DNA of 64,000 nucleotides from Hyphomicrobiales bacterium (GTDB lineage Bacteria; Pseudomonadota; Alphaproteobacteria; Rhizobiales; UBA4765): NCBI GenBank assembly GCA_965247525.1, contig OZ252015.1, positions 592,110 to 656,109 of the forward strand, read 5' to 3'. Shown piece by piece: positions 62,386 to 64,000 of this stretch (position 1 is its first letter; each line of letters starts with the position of its first letter). The notes under the pieces were generated by a model. It saw only the letters and a program-made list of their open reading frames with translations, ran no database searches and was not told where the DNA came from. The position numbers and the translations under genes were made by a program.

Positions 62386-63348
62386 ATGACAACACCCCTG
62401 CTTAATACGGCCGCCAACATTGCGCGCATCGCCAAAGCGCTTGCCGCTGGCGAAATCGCGGCATTGCCGACCGAAACCGTTTATGGCCTTGCCGCCGATG
62501 CGGCCAATGCGGCGGCAGTTGCAAAAATCTACAAGACCAAATCGCGGCCGCAGTTCAACCCGCTGATCGCGCATGTCATCAACGTCGACGCCGCGCAGGC
62601 GCTGGGACGCTTAAACGACCAAGGCTTTGCCCTCGCCGATGCATTCTGGCCGGGGCCAATGACATTGGTTCTGCGCTATCATGGCGGCGATGCCGTCTGC
62701 GATCTGGCGCGCGCTGGATTGCAGACCATCGGCATACGCGTGCCCGCACATCCTGTGATGCGCGACGTATTGAGAAGCTTTGGCGGCGCGCTTGTTGCCC
62801 CCAGCGCCAACCGCTCTGGCCATGTGTCGGCCACACAGGCAAGCCATGTCGCACAGGATTTTGCAGACACACTTGCGCTTATTCTCGACGGCGGCACATC
62901 TGCGCTGGGACTGGAGAGCACGATCATCGATATCACCGGCTCATCGCCCGCGCTCTTGCGTGCGGGTGCGATTGCCATTGAGGAAATCGAATCCGTTCTT
63001 GGCCAAAACCTGCAGCGCCCGCATCTCTATGATCCGGAAAACCCGTCATCGGCAGGGCAAATGAGCCGCCATTATGCCACACGCGCAAAGCTGAGGCTCA
63101 ATGCCGTTAATGTGCGGGAAAATGAAGCCTGTCTTGCTTTTGGTAAAAGCCCTGCGAGCGCATCACCAATGCTCAACCTGTCGCCCGGCGCCGATCTTGC
63201 AGAGGCCGCGGCAAATCTGTTTGCGCATTTGCGCGCTCTTGATACAACGAATGTCACGACAATCGCTGTCATGCCGATCCCAGAGCACGGGCTTGGCATT
63301 GCCATTAATGACCGGCTGCACCGCGCAGCGCTTGGATCCGCCGCATGA
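62386..63348 (+). CDS. tsaC: L-threonylcarbamoyladenylate synthase (Sua5/YwlC/TsaC, long form)
   Basis: PTETVYGLAADA.N..AV..I...K.RP..NPLI.H, APSAN.SG, plus a C-terminal Sua5 domain. Confidence 0.85.
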   Translation: MTTPLLNTAANIARIAKALAAGEIAALPTETVYGLAADAANAAAVAKIYKTKSRPQFNPLIAHVINVDAAQALGRLNDQGFALADAFWPGPMTLVLRYHGGDAVCDLARAGLQTIGIRVPAHPVMRDVLRSFGGALVAPSANRSGHVSATQASHVAQDFADTLALILDGGTSALGLESTIIDITGSSPALLRAGAIAIEEIESVLGQNLQRPHLYDPENPSSAGQMSRHYATRAKLRLNAVNVRENEACLAFGKSPASASPMLNLSPGADLAEAAANLFAHLRALDTTNVTTIAVMPIPEHGLGIAINDRLHRAALGSAA

Positions 63349-64000
63349 GCCTGTCCCCCGATTTTATTCAAGCCTTGAAGAGCGCCATCGGCGCGCCTTA
63401 CGTGCTCACCGAGCCGTCTGATCTTGTGGCCTATAATACGGAATGGCGCGGCATGTTTCCCGGCCATTCGCCTGTCGTGGCGCGCCCCGCGACAACGCAG
63501 GAGGTCAGCCAGATCGTCAAACTGTGCGCGTCGCACCGCGTGCCGATTGTTCCGCAAGGCGGCAATACCGGCCTTGTCGGTGGTCAGGTCAGCGCTGATC
63601 CGCACTCGCTGCTTGTGTCGTTGTCGCGCATGAGTACCATTCGCGCCATTGATGCTGACGGGTTTTCAATGATCGCCGAAGCGGGCGTTACCATTACACA
63701 GGCGCAACTTGCCGCCGAAAAAGCAGGACGTCTGTTCGCATTGTCGCTCGCTTCCGAAGGCTCGTGCCAGATTGGTGGAACGGTCTCGACCAATGCCGGC
63801 GGCATGAACGCCCTTCTTTACGGTGTGATGCGCCAGATGGTGTTCGGGCTTGAGGTTGTGCTCGCCGACGGAACGATATGGGACGGGCTGCGCGCGCTTC
63901 GCAAAGACAATAGCGGCTATGACATGAAACATGTGTTCATCGGCGCCGAAGGCACGCTCGGTATTGTCACCGCAGCGGCGCTCAAACTGTTTCCTTTGCC
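63345..64000 (+). CDS. FAD-binding (PCMH-type) oxidase, GlcD / D-2-hydroxyacid dehydrogenase-like; 3' end beyond window
   Basis: Absent from the ORF track because no stop is reached. I translated it manually from ATG 63345 (ATGA overlap with the tsaC stop): ...VPIVPQGGNTGLVGGQ...GGTVSTNAGGMNALLYG...KDNSGYDMKHVFIGAEGTLGIVT. Open to nt 64000. Confidence 0.75.
   Translation, partial: MSLSPDFIQALKSAIGAPYVLTEPSDLVAYNTEWRGMFPGHSPVVARPATTQEVSQIVKLCASHRVPIVPQGGNTGLVGGQVSADPHSLLVSLSRMSTIRAIDADGFSMIAEAGVTITQAQLAAEKAGRLFALSLASEGSCQIGGTVSTNAGGMNALLYGVMRQMVFGLEVVLADGTIWDGLRALRKDNSGYDMKHVFIGAEGTLGIVTAAALKLFPL

Overview
This 64-kb chromosomal segment has alphaproteobacterial gene order of the Hyphomicrobiales/Rhizobiales type. 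That placement is inferred from synteny and from the permuted two-piece tmRNA, not from any search. Most of the window is housekeeping.

**Housekeeping content**
- miaA, serB, folA, hflK, hflC, yjeT-like gene, degP, thyA.
- ssrA, sspB, fumC, uvrD, prmA, pepP.
- On the minus strand: ligA, recN, bamD, lpxC.
- A complete minus-strand dcw cluster: rsmH, ftsL, ftsI, murE, murF, mraY, murD, ftsW, murG, murC, a GATase, murB, ddl, ftsQ, ftsA, ftsZ.
- Then dxs, xseB, an HDAC-family gene, an acyl-CoA dehydrogenase, tsaC/sua5, and a 3'-truncated FAD oxidase.
- RNA genes: tRNA-Lys(CUU), two-piece tmRNA, RNase P RNA.

**Accessory or unusual parts**
1. nt 37-7407: a partly very AT-rich ABC-transporter-type polysaccharide locus. 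It abuts the 3' end of tRNA-Lys and contains two GT61/DUF563 genes and a NeuD-like acetyltransferase / DUF849 (BKACE) pair.
2. nt 14874-17641: an AT-rich insertion between degP and thyA. It encodes an 850-aa membrane-anchored orphan built from two ~285-aa repeats, each ending in a degenerate Fic/Fido-like motif. This is my best candidate for something undescribed.
3. A second AT-rich orphan membrane protein sits on the opposite strand between lpxC and ftsZ.
4. A composite direct and inverted repeat array fills the ftsA-ftsZ intergenic leader.
5. rnpB ends about 11 nt upstream of rsmH, where mraZ would normally be.
6. A class-I glutamine amidotransferase is translationally coupled between murC and murB.
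7. A tandem pair of Amidase_2 genes lies next to dxs.

I saw no transposase, integrase, CRISPR array or recognisable defence or toxin-antitoxin system.

All family assignments come from motif recognition by eye. No database or HMM search, structure prediction or computed composition profile was possible.
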